Source: a virus. Taken from it: 34,866 nucleotides of DNA. A program made the position numbers and the translations under genes. The notes under the pieces were generated by a model. The model made no database searches, was not told the origin of the DNA, and saw nothing but the letters and a program-made list of their open reading frames with translations. This document shows positions 1 to 7,464 of this stretch, piece by piece (position 1 is the stretch's first letter; every line of letters begins with the position of its first letter). The stretch spans positions 1 to 34,866 of the IMG/VR virus record IMGVR_UViG_3300045988_063005. One strand, given 5' to 3'.

Positions 1-85
1 AACGGCAAAACTAATTATTAATCGAAAGGGTGGGTAGGGTTGATTACCCTATCTACCCTTTTTTCATTTTAAAAAAAAAAAAAAC
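1..85. repeat. Terminal direct repeat, copy 1 (identical to 34782..34866)
   Basis: Base-by-base comparison: aacggcaaaactaattatta...cattttA14c occurs at both window ends. It contains the capsid-gene terminator. Confidence 0.95.
28..66 (+). terminator. Rho-independent terminator (duplicate of the one after the capsid gene)
   Basis: GC-rich imperfect hairpin gggtgggtagggt-tgatt-accctatctaccc followed by TTTTTT. Confidence 0.8.
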
Positions 86-94
86 AAAAGCAAT

Positions 95-610
95 ATGGGA
101 AAAAATTGTTTAACAAATGCGGTGGACTTATCTGTAACGTATAACTGTTCGTTGCCATTACATGGGGTTAAAGCTCTGCATTTAGTACCGTTCGAAGAGG
201 TGGCAAGTTATACCACAGACCCGAGCGGAGCGAACGTCTTAACGTTTTCTTTGGTTTCGGGCGGACATAATTATAAGATAGAGGGTTTTAAACAGAATAT
301 CCAGTACACAGAGGAGCTGGTAGAGGGTGATTACTCCAACTTCGTGAAACCTACGGTGACTTTCAGAAAACCCGCCAATGTAGACTTTAACGGGGTGCTT
401 TATTCGAGCGGCTTGATTAACAGACGGTTCGTAGCATTCGTTGTGTTTAACGAGCCCAACAAGAAACTCTGTTTAGGACTTCTTAACCCTATGGTTGTGC
501 GCGCTATGGAGCGGGACAGTAATGCCAACGGTGGTTCTACGATGTACACCCTTTCTACCGAGGACGGAAACACAGCGCAGGCTATCCACGATGCGGGAGC
601 TTTAGCGTAA
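95..610 (+). CDS. Virion-associated protein, paralog 1 of 3 (function unknown)
   Basis: First ORF after the capsid terminator. Shares an N-terminal Cys pair, YKIEGFK/YKIDTVK and NGGSTMYTLSTEDG/NGGWTQFTLSTPEG with 641..1219. Confidence 0.6.
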   Translation: MGKNCLTNAVDLSVTYNCSLPLHGVKALHLVPFEEVASYTTDPSGANVLTFSLVSGGHNYKIEGFKQNIQYTEELVEGDYSNFVKPTVTFRKPANVDFNGVLYSSGLINRRFVAFVVFNEPNKKLCLGLLNPMVVRAMERDSNANGGSTMYTLSTEDGNTAQAIHDAGALA

Positions 611-640
611 TAGTATTAACAAAAATTAGAGAAAATAGAT

Positions 641-1219
641 ATGGCATGTATTAAGAAACTAACAAGCGCCTTGGCGTTTGATTGCGAAAGCGGTGTTACA
701 GGTTTCAAGTCGGCTTTGTTCTTTAACAAATCGGACTTAACCAGTTTTTCCGTTACGGACAATAAAGCTACTATCGTAGTGGCCGCGGCCAACACATATA
801 AGATAGATACGGTTAAACGTTCTATCGTGTTGAACGAAACTTTGAAAGTCAACGAAGCAGCACCAAATGCCTTTACCCACGAGGCTATTATAAACATCTT
901 CGCAAAGGGTGACCGCGTTATTCAGAATGACCTCAGAAACGCGCGCATAGTTATTTGCGCGCTGGGCAATGATAATAATGTGCGTGTGTACGGCTTGTTT
1001 TATGGATTGAAAGCAACAGCAAGTACTGAGAGCTCACACGATAACGGCGGTTGGACACAATTCACACTTTCTACACCCGAGGGCGTTGTAGGTGAGGATA
1101 GCTTATATATGGATAAAGCCGCATACGATACCCTGTACACAGGTGCGAACCCGTCCGTATCGGGTGACGGTTTTGCTGGTACCAGTACTGGCGGTGAAGA
1201 AATAGACTCTTTGGGATAA
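641..1219 (+). CDS. Virion-associated protein, paralog 2 of 3
   Basis: Protein-level similarity to 95..610. Its upstream spacer and first codons (tattaac..agatATGGCAt) resemble those of 1245..1751. Confidence 0.6.
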   Translation: MACIKKLTSALAFDCESGVTGFKSALFFNKSDLTSFSVTDNKATIVVAAANTYKIDTVKRSIVLNETLKVNEAAPNAFTHEAIINIFAKGDRVIQNDLRNARIVICALGNDNNVRVYGLFYGLKATASTESSHDNGGWTQFTLSTPEGVVGEDSLYMDKAAYDTLYTGANPSVSGDGFAGTSTGGEEIDSLG

Positions 1220-1244
1220 TATTAACTAAAAAATTTAATTAGAT

Positions 1245-1751
1245 ATGGCATATTGTTTTTCAATAGGTGATAGGGCCTTTGAGTGCGGCCGCGCAGAGGG
1301 CGTTTTCGATGAAATAATCGAAATGAAAATTATTGATGTTGATTATTTAGTATCGTGGTCTACGTCAAACCGTACGCAAGCCATTTGGAATACCGCAGGG
1401 AATGCGTCCATTATACAGGGCGCTAACAATTCTATTCTGTTAAACATTGCCACCAAGGGTGGTGAAACTTACTCCCTTGCCTACGACCCGACAATTACCG
1501 TAGTTATGCCCACTGACTTCATTACGAGCAGTAATAATACGGGAACCATCGGCGGCAGTACTGGCTGGGTAATCGCCTTGAAATTTGCCAACGGCAAACA
1601 TTTGGTTGTCGGGCTTGGCGCTCCGTTATCTGTCCTGTCGATAGAGGGCGCGAGCAATGCCAACCACAACGTTACCGTTACTTTCGGCGTGGAAGACTGG
1701 CAAACGGGAACTACAATTTACGAAATGATGGAGAGTGCATATAACGGCTAA
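1245..1751 (+). CDS. Virion-associated protein, paralog 3 of 3 (most diverged)
   Basis: N-terminal Cys pair (C4, C14). SNANHNVTVTFGVED matches SNANGGSTMYTLSTED of paralog 1. Duplicated upstream spacer. Confidence 0.55.
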   Translation: MAYCFSIGDRAFECGRAEGVFDEIIEMKIIDVDYLVSWSTSNRTQAIWNTAGNASIIQGANNSILLNIATKGGETYSLAYDPTITVVMPTDFITSSNNTGTIGGSTGWVIALKFANGKHLVVGLGAPLSVLSIEGASNANHNVTVTFGVEDWQTGTTIYEMMESAYNG

Positions 1752-1754
1752 CAT

Positions 1755-2105
1755 ATGGCAGAAAAGAAGAAGAAAACAACTAAGAAAACGGCTACCCCAA
1801 AGGTGGCCGTTTCTGTTCCCGAACTGGATGTTTACGGGAAAATGGAACTATACGAGAAAATGACAGGTCTAAAGCTGGATAAGAATTGTCATTTCGATAA
1901 AGAGTTCGCAACTTTGTGGTATGAAACTAAGTATCTTTCGGGCGTGCATTGTCGCTGGATATTTATACCAAAAGGTTCTATCACCCATTACGGTGACGGG
2001 AAGATATATAGGGGTTCAAACATAACGGACGCAATCGCCGAACGGCTTATGAAGGAGAACCCCGCATATAAAGAATTATTCATTGATTTAACTAAGGAGA
2101 ATTAA
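1755..2105 (+). CDS. Hypothetical protein with Lys-rich N-terminus
   Basis: ORF tightly packed between neighbours in the late operon. No motif recognised. Confidence 0.5.
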   Translation: MAEKKKKTTKKTATPKVAVSVPELDVYGKMELYEKMTGLKLDKNCHFDKEFATLWYETKYLSGVHCRWIFIPKGSITHYGDGKIYRGSNITDAIAERLMKENPAYKELFIDLTKEN

Positions 2106-2108
2106 AAG

Positions 2109-3254
2109 ATGATTGGATACAAACGTATTTCACTATTGGTTGAAAAGGCGCTTAAGCTGTCCGCTAACACAGGCGATAAGGTTCTGAACTATGGCGAGGG
2201 AAATTTGTACCCTCAAAATATTGCCGAACTTATCTATGCTTCCAAAACGGGAAGCGCCGCCGTTGAGAAAATGGGGGAAAACATAGTTTGCGAGGGTTTC
2301 AAGAACCCCGATTTTGCAGCTATGACGAACGGCAACGGTTATAACATGGACGATGTGTTAGAGCAAACAGCAAAAGACGTTGCCCGCTTTAATGGTTGGG
2401 CGTGGATAGTCCAATACAAAGTTACTTTAGAGGGTTACAAACCCGCCGCCATTTACAACGTGCCATTTGAGTATGTGCGCGCCGAGATTAATGACAATTA
2501 TTTGCAAGACCCAACAGTCAAACGCTGGATAGTGTTCAATAACTGGGACAGGCAGAATACAAAGGCTACACAGGTAAAGAAGAACTCAACGATTTACAAC
2601 ACTTACAACCCCGCGACCATTGCGGACGAGATTAACGAGGTTGGCGGTATTGAAAATCATAGAGGACAGCTTCTGTACGTGAACCTTTCAACTACCCGTC
2701 CGTACCCTCTTTCACCGTTCCATGCAGTACGTAACGAAATGGGTGCCGAGGATAAGAACGGTAAATATGTTAACAGGACGTTGGGCCGAGGTTTCCACAT
2801 GTGCAGTATCGTGTCTCATGGTGATTTTGAGAGCGAGCAGGCACAGGACGAGTTCCGCGATACACTGGCGGAAATGATGGGCAGTGAGAACGCTGGCGCG
2901 GTGTTGACGGTACGTGACGAAAATATGATGTCGGATAAACCGTTTATCAAGGTAGACCAGTTAGGCAGTCCTATTGATAGGGAACTTTACCGCGCATACG
3001 TTGAACCTTTGAGAAAGGATATATGTATCGCAGCCTATAACATCCCTATGCCTTTAATTGATAGTTCACTGATTGCGTTCTCGAACGCTTCGGGCGAGGT
3101 TATCAAGGAGCTACAAAAAGTGTACAGACGTTCGTTATCTAAGATTAGGCAGCGGATTCAACGCGAACTGTACCAAGTGTTTGAACTTGACCCGTCTATC
3201 ACAGAGATTAATAACGAACTGGATGAAGAACAACCAACAATTGTAAGCGAATGA
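2109..3254 (+). CDS. Portal protein (putative)
   Basis: 381 aa. The N-terminal pattern NLYPQNIAELIYASKTGSAAVEKMGENIVCEGF and overall layout resemble small portal proteins. Located in the late operon. Confidence 0.65.
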   Translation: MIGYKRISLLVEKALKLSANTGDKVLNYGEGNLYPQNIAELIYASKTGSAAVEKMGENIVCEGFKNPDFAAMTNGNGYNMDDVLEQTAKDVARFNGWAWIVQYKVTLEGYKPAAIYNVPFEYVRAEINDNYLQDPTVKRWIVFNNWDRQNTKATQVKKNSTIYNTYNPATIADEINEVGGIENHRGQLLYVNLSTTRPYPLSPFHAVRNEMGAEDKNGKYVNRTLGRGFHMCSIVSHGDFESEQAQDEFRDTLAEMMGSENAGAVLTVRDENMMSDKPFIKVDQLGSPIDRELYRAYVEPLRKDICIAAYNIPMPLIDSSLIAFSNASGEVIKELQKVYRRSLSKIRQRIQRELYQVFELDPSITEINNELDEEQPTIVSE

Positions 3255-3706
3255 AAAATGAAACATTTAGTTCCGTAGTATATCCGATTGCGGAACTACG
3301 GGAACAGTTCGAGATAGCAGTCGATGTCAAGGATAACGCACTGAATAAGGCGTTCTTTGAGGCCGACATGCTCGATTTAAAGCCGCAAATCGGTATGGGG
3401 TATGATGTACTCCCAGCCAAGTATAAAAACGGCTCGAATGACGTAGTAGGCGGTACGACTATCCTTTGTTACTACGCATTTGCGAGATACTCACAGACGG
3501 CAGACCAAAACAGCACATCTACGGGTCTGAAATTACAAACTTATGGCGGGTCGGTAGTGCTGCCTGACACGAGCAAAACCAAACGAGCAGAGGCAGAACG
3601 GGCTAAAGCTGATTTTATGGTTGAGGGCTTAATAGCGTGGTTGAGACAGGACGGTTTGTTAGCGTGTCCGAAAATACGCAACACCCGCATATCTCTTATC
3701 AGGTAA
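3251..3706 (+). CDS. Hypothetical virion protein (possible head-tail adaptor)
   Basis: ATGA overlap with the portal stop. Adaptor-like size and position. No diagnostic motif. Confidence 0.4.
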   Translation: MKNETFSSVVYPIAELREQFEIAVDVKDNALNKAFFEADMLDLKPQIGMGYDVLPAKYKNGSNDVVGGTTILCYYAFARYSQTADQNSTSTGLKLQTYGGSVVLPDTSKTKRAEAERAKADFMVEGLIAWLRQDGLLACPKIRNTRISLIR

Positions 3707-4173
3707 TGCTTGAACACATAGAGGCCTATTTTAGAATTTTCTTTGCTGTGACCGTTTCCACAGTAATTTCTAATGTATGTGATTTCATTATGCTTGTTAT
3801 ACTTATGAGCATTCTAAACTGGCTGGCAGGTTATCGCGCGGACGCGGTTAAAGGTAAGAAGTATTCGCATAAAAAAACAATGAAAGCAGTTAAGGAAATG
3901 GCGCTTACAAGTGCTATCCTTTTCCTTGTTGCCCTGACCTGTACCATGTTAGAGCCGTCCGTAGACTACTCGATAGTTATTAAGGCGCTCACAGGTATAT
4001 TTGCGATTATATACGCCCGTAACATCACACGTAATTTGCGCATTATCCAGCCGTCTAATGAGTTTGTAAAGTTCCTGAACATGATTGCTAATATCAAGTA
4101 CAAGAACCTCAAAAAACGCATTAAAGAGGATGATTTCGAACTAACTAAGGAAAAAGAAAATGGCGAACAGTAG
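3706..4173 (+). CDS. Holin (multi-pass membrane protein)
   Basis: Start refined to the ATG in the TAATG overlap at 3706. Has 3-4 hydrophobic helices, LNWLAGYRADAVKGKKYSHKK resembling the holin_4-type D.itG..A....S motif, a charged C-tail, and sits directly upstream of the lysin. Confidence 0.7.
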   Translation: MLEHIEAYFRIFFAVTVSTVISNVCDFIMLVILMSILNWLAGYRADAVKGKKYSHKKTMKAVKEMALTSAILFLVALTCTMLEPSVDYSIVIKALTGIFAIIYARNITRNLRIIQPSNEFVKFLNMIANIKYKNLKKRIKEDDFELTKEKENGEQ

Positions 4174-4675
4174 TAAATTAGTTCCCTTTATTCTCCAGTG
4201 GGAGGGCGGGTTTGTAAATGACCCGCTCGACTTAGGGGGAGCAACAAACAAGGGTATAACAATCGGCACGTTTACAGAGTACAAGAGGCGTAAAGGTCTG
4301 AAAGCCCCTACGGTTCAGGACCTCAAAAACATATCTAACGAAGATTGGCACGAGGTTTTCAAGAGCCTGTACTGGGACAGGTGGAAAGCTGACGAGATAA
4401 AAAGCCAAGCCGTAGCAAATATCCTTGTTGATTGGGTTTGGGCTTCGGGTTCGCATGGTATAAAGCGCCCACAACGTCTTTTAGGCGTCACAGCGGACGG
4501 CGTTGTAGGTAGTAAGACAATTGCCGCACTAAATGCCAAAGACCCCGCAGAACTCTTTAAAATGATTAAGGCAGACCGCATTAAGTTCATTGACGAGATA
4601 TGCGAAAAAAGGCCAGCAAACAACAGATTTAAAAAAGGCTGGCTAAACCGTATTAACGCAATCAAGTATGAATAA
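4160..4675 (+). CDS. Endolysin, GH108-type muramidase with PG_binding_3-like C-terminal domain
   Basis: The N-terminus ILQWEGGFVNDPLDLGGATNKGIT is the GH108 signature. The C-terminal LLGVTADGVVGSKTIAALN is typical of the associated peptidoglycan-binding domain. Confidence 0.9.
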   Translation: MANSSKLVPFILQWEGGFVNDPLDLGGATNKGITIGTFTEYKRRKGLKAPTVQDLKNISNEDWHEVFKSLYWDRWKADEIKSQAVANILVDWVWASGSHGIKRPQRLLGVTADGVVGSKTIAALNAKDPAELFKMIKADRIKFIDEICEKRPANNRFKKGWLNRINAIKYE

Positions 4676-5231
4676 GTATCTATTAATAGCAATAGCGGCG
4701 CTCCTCGTATTAGTAATGTGGGGCGCTGATAAAATCGGGGACCAAAAGGCCGAGATAGGCAGACAAGGAAGAAACATTTCCGCGCTTACCTCTGAACAAG
4801 AAACGTATATAACCAAGTTAGGAGATTACGCAGCTAAGAAACAAGCTTTAGAGGTCTCACACAAGGAACTAAAGCAAATCAATAGTGGGTTAAGGGAAGA
4901 TTTGAAAGCCTTGAATATCCGCTTAAAAGACGCTTTATCAGCCTCTCAAATAGTAACCAAGACCGAGATACACGAAACGGTACGAACCGATACTGTTAAC
5001 GGGGTTCTGCACGCTGAATACAGGGATAGCTGGAATACCATAGTAGCAGACCTGTCGAGTGATAGTACGCGTTTATCTTATATAGGAACGGATACTATTA
5101 CGGGCGTTATCTCCATTACTAAGAAGCGATTCCTATTCTTTAGGTACGGTATTAAGTCAGTGGACTACGACATATCAAACAAGAATAAGCGCACAAAAAT
5201 GGCTATTGATATAGCTGTCAAGTTTAAATAA
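4668..5231 (+). CDS. Membrane-anchored coiled-coil protein, spanin-like lysis accessory (putative)
   Basis: N-terminal TM helix LLIAIAALLVLVMW followed by a heptad-like charged region. Last gene of the lysis cassette, overlapping the lysin stop. Confidence 0.5.
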   Translation: MNKYLLIAIAALLVLVMWGADKIGDQKAEIGRQGRNISALTSEQETYITKLGDYAAKKQALEVSHKELKQINSGLREDLKALNIRLKDALSASQIVTKTEIHETVRTDTVNGVLHAEYRDSWNTIVADLSSDSTRLSYIGTDTITGVISITKKRFLFFRYGIKSVDYDISNKNKRTKMAIDIAVKFK

Positions 5232-5243
5232 ATGTTAATAAGG

Positions 5244-5306
5244 GGCCTAAATAGCTATCTAAACAGTACAACACACTGAAAGATAGCTATTTAGGCCTAT
5301 TTTTTA
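5244..5306 (+). terminator. Strong rho-independent terminator closing the late operon
   Basis: Perfect 17-bp stem ggcctaaatagctatct (5244-5260) / agatagctatttaggcc (5281-5297), 20-nt loop, then tattttttag. Preceded by GTTAATAAGG. Confidence 0.9.
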
Positions 5307-5512
5307 GTTACCTTATTCTATTTTCCCCTAACTTTATTTATAAATCTTATTTCTATATTATAAATACCCTATATGCCCTACAACCTATTGTAGAGGGGGT
5401 ACTACTCTCTATAAAAATGAACATACTTTTTTTGATTAATCTTATATAGATTCACAATAAGGTAACTTTTTTCATATATTAAAAAGCTGATTTTCAAGTG
5501 ATTGTACTATAA
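5300..5512. repeat. Inverted-repeat partner A (matches reverse complement of 22648..22838)
   Basis: Hand alignment: tttttagttaccttattctattttcccctaactttat vs rc ttttttcgttgccttattctgattccctataactttat. Also gctgattttcaagtgattgtactat vs rc gctgattttgatatgattgtactat. Block order is colinear. Confidence 0.75.
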
Positions 5513-5613
5513 ATATTCCCGACTGTTAATGAATGGTTTGGTATTTAAAGTATCTAACTACCTGATTTGCTGCGATTTGATAAGTTTTTATAGTTAATTC
5601 TTAGTTAATCAAT

Positions 5614-5653
5614 GTTAATCGCTTTGCCACCTCAAAATAACCCCCTATATTTG
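5614..5653 (+). promoter_or_regulatory. Early promoter, class 1 variant (GTTAAT-N26-TATATTTG)
   Basis: TAnnTTTG box at 5646-5653. Three GTTAAT boxes at 5593, 5603 and 5614 with ~10-11 bp spacing, plus one at 5524. Confidence 0.65.
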
Positions 5654-5775
5654 CATCACGTTCAAAGGGAAACATTTCCCAACGTAAGAAATGAAACGGG
5701 CAGTATCCACATAGCACCGTACCAAAGTGGAAGAAATGAATAGGAGATTTGGATACGAAAGAAAAGGATTTGATT

Positions 5776-5970
5776 ATGGTTGAGCAGATAGTTGACGGTA
5801 TGTTTACTATTACATCATTCCGCTTGTTTTACGGCGATGAAAGTTCTATTTACAATCGTACGTTTGAACGCATAGACTTTAACGGACATTTTGAATATTA
5901 TTCGGTTGAGGGGAACGCATTTTATACACTCAAAGAGGTATTCAACTACCTTATGACTAAAGAATGTTAA
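5776..5970 (+). CDS. Hypothetical early protein
   Basis: First sizeable ORF after the early promoter. ATG at 5776 preferred over the TTG at 5749 given in the track. Confidence 0.5.
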   Translation: MVEQIVDGMFTITSFRLFYGDESSIYNRTFERIDFNGHFEYYSVEGNAFYTLKEVFNYLMTKEC

Positions 5971-5997
5971 ACGCTAAACATTTTCGGTTCGCGTAAC

Positions 5998-6015
5998 GTT
6001 TATACAGTATAACAA
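5998..6015 (+). promoter_or_regulatory. Class 2 cassette (GTTTATAcAGTATAACAA + A-rich leader)
   Basis: Same spacing to the ATG (35 nt) and same leader as class 1, but TTTG is replaced by AGTA. Preceded by the hairpin gtta-aa-cgc...gcg-taac. Confidence 0.45.
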
Positions 6016-6032
6016 TTTAAAAACAAAAGATT

Positions 6033-6206
6033 ATGAAAGCGAAAGAATTTATCTACAAAGAAGTTGAGAACTATTTAAAGAGTAACATGAGTGCTAACCG
6101 TTTTTCCGTAGTGGCGATTGCCGAGGATATGCCGACCTTTGACGGGTTTATTATCCCCCTACTATTTTCAGATGTTAGAGGGCGTGCAATTCCCCGTAGA
6201 TATTGA
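6033..6206 (+). CDS. Small early protein, 57 codons (possibly the 5' part of a frameshifted 93-aa gene)
   Basis: ATG sits exactly behind the canonical leader aaaaacaaaagattATGaaa. Below the track length cutoff. Confidence 0.5.
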   Translation: MKAKEFIYKEVENYLKSNMSANRFSVVAIAEDMPTFDGFIIPLLFSDVRGRAIPRRY

Positions 6207-6312
6207 AGACCTATATATCAATTCAGAGGACTACGAAGAGCAGTACAACGAGATTGCGACCCTGTTAGCGTCTAAACTCATGAGATTAGGAGCAAATCAA
6301 GCATTAAACTAA
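6172..6312 (+). CDS. Small acidic ORF in the +1 frame (separate gene or 3' part of 6033 gene)
   Basis: Track ORF 6118..6312. First ATG at 6172. Overlaps the 6033 ORF, and the two frames meet at the C5 run 6155-6159. Confidence 0.35.
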   Translation: MLEGVQFPVDIEDLYINSEDYEEQYNEIATLLASKLMRLGANQALN

Positions 6313-6327
6313 AAACCAAATAGAGAT

Positions 6328-7464
6328 ATGAAAACAATTGAATTAATCGCAGAAATGCAGAAGAACTTAACGGCCCTAAAAGAGCAACAAGTAAACGAAG
6401 TGTCAGAACTCGAAGCGTACAAAGCTAAGCAGCGAGAAAAGGTTAAGCAGTTAGAAACATCTATTTTAAGCGCGCTGGCGGCATTCTTGCATGAGGACGA
6501 AGTAACTGCACCCGCGTCGGTAGAAAGTCCCGTAGAGGACGCGGAAACGACATCAGCGGAAGCAGAAGCCGCCTTAGAGCAGGCAAAATCACTCGCGGAG
6601 AAAGAAGCCGCAGAGAAAAAACGTAAAGCCGATATTGCGGAAGCGAAAGCACTGGCAGCTAAAGCTAAAGCCGAGCAGGAAGCAAACGGACGGAAAGAAC
6701 TTTCAGCAGCAGCGGAAAAGGCTCTGAAAGAAGCTGCCGACCGTAAAGCCGCAGAAGATGCAGCTAAAGAAGCAGCAGCTAAAGAAGCAGCAGCTAAAGA
6801 GGCAGCAGCTAAAGAAGCAGCAGCTAAAGAGGCAGCAGCTAAAGAAGCAGCAGCTAAAGAAGCAGCAGCTAAAGAGGCAGCAGCTAAAGAAGCGGCAGCT
6901 AAAGAAGCAGCCGAACCTACGGGCGATGATTCCAAATTGGAAAAGCTATTAGATAAGTACCAGCACCCAATCACGTTGCGCGCTATTGAAAACTTGAAAG
7001 CAAACGGACACGAGGCTATGCTGAAGCCGTCTCGTAATAAAATGGGCTGGTTTTGTAGAAGCGTAGAGGCTAATAAACTGATATTAGACGAGACCGAGCG
7101 CATTATAGCAGAGGAACAGAAAGCCCTCTTTGCAGACGGCTCGGGCGCAGAACAGCATCTTAAGGAAATCGGCGCGTTCGCAATGGCGAGAAAGAAAGCG
7201 AGTACGTTCGGCCGTCAGTCGGCTATCATGGATAAGTTCCCCGTAACATTAGACGGAATAGATAAGAGCCAGCACATGGAAAAACTTGGAACAGCAGCCC
7301 GTATGTGTATGCTTGGTAAGTTATTCAGTTCAGACCAATTTAAGGAGTATTTAGAGCCCTACGGACTTACTTCTATGGCACAGCTCCCAATTGACAAGGT
7401 TAATGAGTTTTACCAGCACATGCTAACTTCATGTATGTATAACGTTGATAAAGAACAAGACTAA
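6328..7464 (+). CDS. Coiled-coil / single-helix protein with (AAKEA)x10 repeat and globular C-terminal domain, function unknown
   Basis: 378-aa ORF. The N-terminal half is A/E/K-rich with a perfect tandem repeat and the C-terminal ~190 aa are non-repetitive. Sits directly upstream of the nuclease with a TAATG overlap. Confidence 0.7.
   Translation: MKTIELIAEMQKNLTALKEQQVNEVSELEAYKAKQREKVKQLETSILSALAAFLHEDEVTAPASVESPVEDAETTSAEAEAALEQAKSLAEKEAAEKKRKADIAEAKALAAKAKAEQEANGRKELSAAAEKALKEAADRKAAEDAAKEAAAKEAAAKEAAAKEAAAKEAAAKEAAAKEAAAKEAAAKEAAAKEAAEPTGDDSKLEKLLDKYQHPITLRAIENLKANGHEAMLKPSRNKMGWFCRSVEANKLILDETERIIAEEQKALFADGSGAEQHLKEIGAFAMARKKASTFGRQSAIMDKFPVTLDGIDKSQHMEKLGTAARMCMLGKLFSSDQFKEYLEPYGLTSMAQLPIDKVNEFYQHMLTSCMYNVDKEQD
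6760..6909 (+). repeat. Tandem repeat, 15 bp x 10 (gcagctaaagaRgcR) encoding AAKEA x10
   Basis: Counted directly: 10 in-frame units differing only at synonymous gaa/gag and gca/gcg positions. Confidence 0.95.

Noticed and set aside
71-84. A14 homopolymer as a slippery or phase-variable site
   Set aside because: It lies in the untranslated spacer between the capsid terminator and the next start codon, so length change would not alter any reading frame. It most simply belongs to the A-rich leader typical of this genome.
3637-3705. Upstream extensions of track ORFs (3637, 17069, 20028, 20410, 21148, 23930, 26131, 32800, 5749)
   Set aside because: These extensions either overlap the preceding gene substantially, start at non-ATG codons, or include promoter or terminator sequence. 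Internal ATGs in ATGA/TAATG overlaps, or at the conserved leader distance, give better-supported starts.
6760-6909. Possible CRISPR array or minisatellite
   Set aside because: The units are 15 bp, contiguous with no spacers, and in frame within a coding sequence. This is a protein-coding tandem repeat, not a CRISPR array.
6309-7103. 264-aa minus-strand ORF (ASLAAASLAA...) and the 64-aa + ORF at 6758..6952 (QQLKKQQLKR...)
   Set aside because: Both are alternative readings of the 15-bp tandem repeat and A/E/K-rich region of the 6328..7464 gene. Low-complexity repeats stay open in several frames. The + frame 6328..7464 has the canonical start context and a non-repetitive C-terminal domain.
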